The translations under genes and the position numbers were made by a program. Below, in pieces: positions 62,169 to 64,000 of a stretch of DNA of 64,000 nt. Origin of the DNA: an uncultured cyanobacterium (GTDB lineage: Bacteria; Cyanobacteriota; Cyanobacteriia; Phormidesmidales; Phormidesmidaceae); assembly GCA_963793265.1 (NCBI GenBank), contig CAWBZI010000001.1:320001-384000 (forward strand), written 5' to 3'. How positions within the stretch are numbered: the first letter of the stretch is position 1; every line of letters starts with the position of its first letter. Below the pieces are notes generated by a model. That model did no database searches and was not told where the DNA came from. It worked only from the letters and a program-made list of their open reading frames with translations.

Positions 62169-64000
62169 ATGAAACTAAGCGCTGGTAAAATCAACGAACT
62201 CCTGACCCAACCGGGCTGCGAGCACAACCATAAGAAAGACGGAAAAGGCAAGAACAAAGCTTGCCAACAAACGGCTCAGCCCGGTGCAGCTCAAGGCGGA
62301 TGTGCCTTTGATGGTGCGAGTATCGCGCTTGTCCCCATCACCGATGTCGCGCATTTGGTACATGGCCCAATCGCCTGCTCGGGCAACTCGTGGGGCAGCC
62401 GAGGCAGTTTGTCCTCTGGCCCGACGATTTACAAGATGGGCTTCACCACGAATTTGAGTGAGAACGACATCATCTTTGGCGGAGAGAAGAAGCTCTATAA
62501 GGCCATTCACGATGTTAAAGAGCGATACAGTCCAGCGGCTGTGTTTGTTTATCTCACCTGCGTGACGGCGCTGATAGGAGATGACATAGATGCCGTTTGT
62601 CAGGCGGCTAGCGAGAAGTTTGAGATTCCAGTGGTGCCGGTAACTTCTCCAGGATTTGTTGGCAGCAAAAACTTGGGAAACCGCATCGGTGGAGAGGCTC
62701 TGCTAGAGTATGTGGTGGGCACTCAAGAGCCTGACTATACGACGCCTTATGACATCAACTTGATTGGCGAATACAACATTGCTGGCGAGATGTGGGGCGT
62801 ATTACCGCTGCTAGAAAAGTTGGGCATTCGCGTTCTCTCTAAAATTACAGGCGACGCCCGCTATCAGGAAGTGGCTTACGCACATCGCGCTAAGCTCAAC
62901 GTGATGATCTGTTCTAAAGCGCTGATTAATATGGCGCACAAAATGGAAGCGCGCTATGGCATTCCCTATATTGAAGAATCGATCTACGGCGTAGAAGATG
63001 TGAACCGCCTGCTGCGAAATGTTGCCGCTAAGTTAGGCGATCGCAACCTACAGGCAAAAGTAGAAGACCTCATTAAGACTGAAACTGCCAAGCTCGATCT
63101 GGCACTTGCACCCTACCGACAGCGGCTGAAAGATAAGCGAATCGTACTTTATACTGGCGGCGTTAAGAGCTGGTCGATTATCTCTGCGGCCAAAGATTTG
63201 GGCATTAACGTTGTTGCAACCAGCTCGAAAAAGAGCACAGAAGAAGACAAAGCGCGAATCAGAAAGCTGCTAGGTAAAAATGGCATTATGATGGCCAAGG
63301 GCAACGCGAAGAAGCTGTTGGAGGTGATTGCCAAAACGAAAGCCGATATGCTGATTGCCGGTGGTCGCAACCAGTACACAGCCCTAAAAGCAAGAATTCC
63401 GTTTCTAGATATTAACCAGGAGCGCCATCATCCCTATGCAGGCTATGTCGGCATGGTGGAAATGGCCAAAGAGCTAGACGGTGCGCTGCATAGTCCCATT
63501 TGGGAGCAGGTGCGATCGCCCGCCCCCTGGCAGCCTACTGTGTCCAACACGGGGCCTACGCTCCGTCTAGGAGAGCATGCAGAAAGTGCGAGCCCGACAA
63601 AAGTCGTTGCTCGACGAAAATCGGTTACGGTCAATCCGCTCAAGCAAAGCCAGCCTCTCGGTGCAGCGCTTGCTTACTTGGGCATCAAAGGCATGATGCC
63701 GCTGATGCATGGCTCACAAGGCTGCACCGCTTTTGCCAAGGTCATGCTGGTGCGTCACTTCCGTGAGGCGATTCCCATTTCGACTACGGCCATGTCAGAA
63801 GTTACCACCATTCTGGGGGGCGAAGAGAATATAGAAACGGCGCTCCTTACCCTGCTAGAAAAGTCGAATCCAGCGATTGTTGGACTTTGCAGTACCGGGT
63901 TAACAGAGACTCGGGGTGACGATATGCGCGGGATTTTGAAAGAGTTGCGCGATCGCAATCCAAAAATTGCCGCACTCCCACTAGCCTACGCCTCAACCCC
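62169..64000 (+). CDS. nifEN: Fused NifE-NifN FeMo-cofactor scaffold (runs off the window; absent from the ORF track)
   Basis: Manual translation from ATG 62169: GGCAFDGA, HGPIAC, DINQERHHPYAGY, SPIWEQVRSPAPW, then in frame VNPLKQSQPLGAALA..HGSQGCTAF (NifN) with no stop. Confidence 0.93.
   Translation, partial: MKLSAGKINELLTQPGCEHNHKKDGKGKNKACQQTAQPGAAQGGCAFDGASIALVPITDVAHLVHGPIACSGNSWGSRGSLSSGPTIYKMGFTTNLSENDIIFGGEKKLYKAIHDVKERYSPAAVFVYLTCVTALIGDDIDAVCQAASEKFEIPVVPVTSPGFVGSKNLGNRIGGEALLEYVVGTQEPDYTTPYDINLIGEYNIAGEMWGVLPLLEKLGIRVLSKITGDARYQEVAYAHRAKLNVMICSKALINMAHKMEARYGIPYIEESIYGVEDVNRLLRNVAAKLGDRNLQAKVEDLIKTETAKLDLALAPYRQRLKDKRIVLYTGGVKSWSIISAAKDLGINVVATSSKKSTEEDKARIRKLLGKNGIMMAKGNAKKLLEVIAKTKADMLIAGGRNQYTALKARIPFLDINQERHHPYAGYVGMVEMAKELDGALHSPIWEQVRSPAPWQPTVSNTGPTLRLGEHAESASPTKVVARRKSVTVNPLKQSQPLGAALAYLGIKGMMPLMHGSQGCTAFAKVMLVRHFREAIPISTTAMSEVTTILGGEENIETALLTLLEKSNPAIVGLCSTGLTETRGDDMRGILKELRDRNPKIAALPLAYAST

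Noticed and set aside
62175..63958. Short ORFs listed in the track over this interval
   Set aside because: They are antisense or out-of-frame shadows of nifEN

Overview
Cyanobacterial chromosome segment (frequent HIP1 GCGATCGC; psb28, chlH, sbtAB, dnaK with K-box), probably a non-heterocystous Leptolyngbya/Nodosilinea/Synechococcus PCC 7335-like organism (inference). The left 38 kb is a mix of housekeeping and accessory genes: end of a polysaccharide glycosyltransferase cluster, a GluR0-like channel, moaB-psb28, an SLH protein, a catalytically degenerate Eco57I-like methyltransferase, dnaK, two PIN toxin-antitoxin pairs, a TerB-dynamin pair, chlH (one frameshift), tandem DUF3465 genes, sbtAB, a G8/PKD/LamG protein, fasciclin and an internally deleted GmrSD-like gene. 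At 38544-38590 lies the 3' half only of tRNA-Thr(UGU), followed by short direct repeats. This looks like an integration (att) scar whose element would extend rightwards. Right of it is a Mo-nitrogenase cluster with two CnfR/PatB-type regulator paralogues, a left arm (cysE/nifP, dps, nifV, nifT, 2Fe-2S protein) and a right arm (nifB-fdxN-nifS-nifU-nifH-nifD-nifK-nifZ-orf-fused nifEN, running off the window). The nifP and nifB upstream regions carry the same multi-motif promoter architecture in mirror image, separated by an OFA-type MFS transporter and an unknown gene. nifU contains an in-frame TAA. All family assignments come from motif recognition by eye; no database searches were run.
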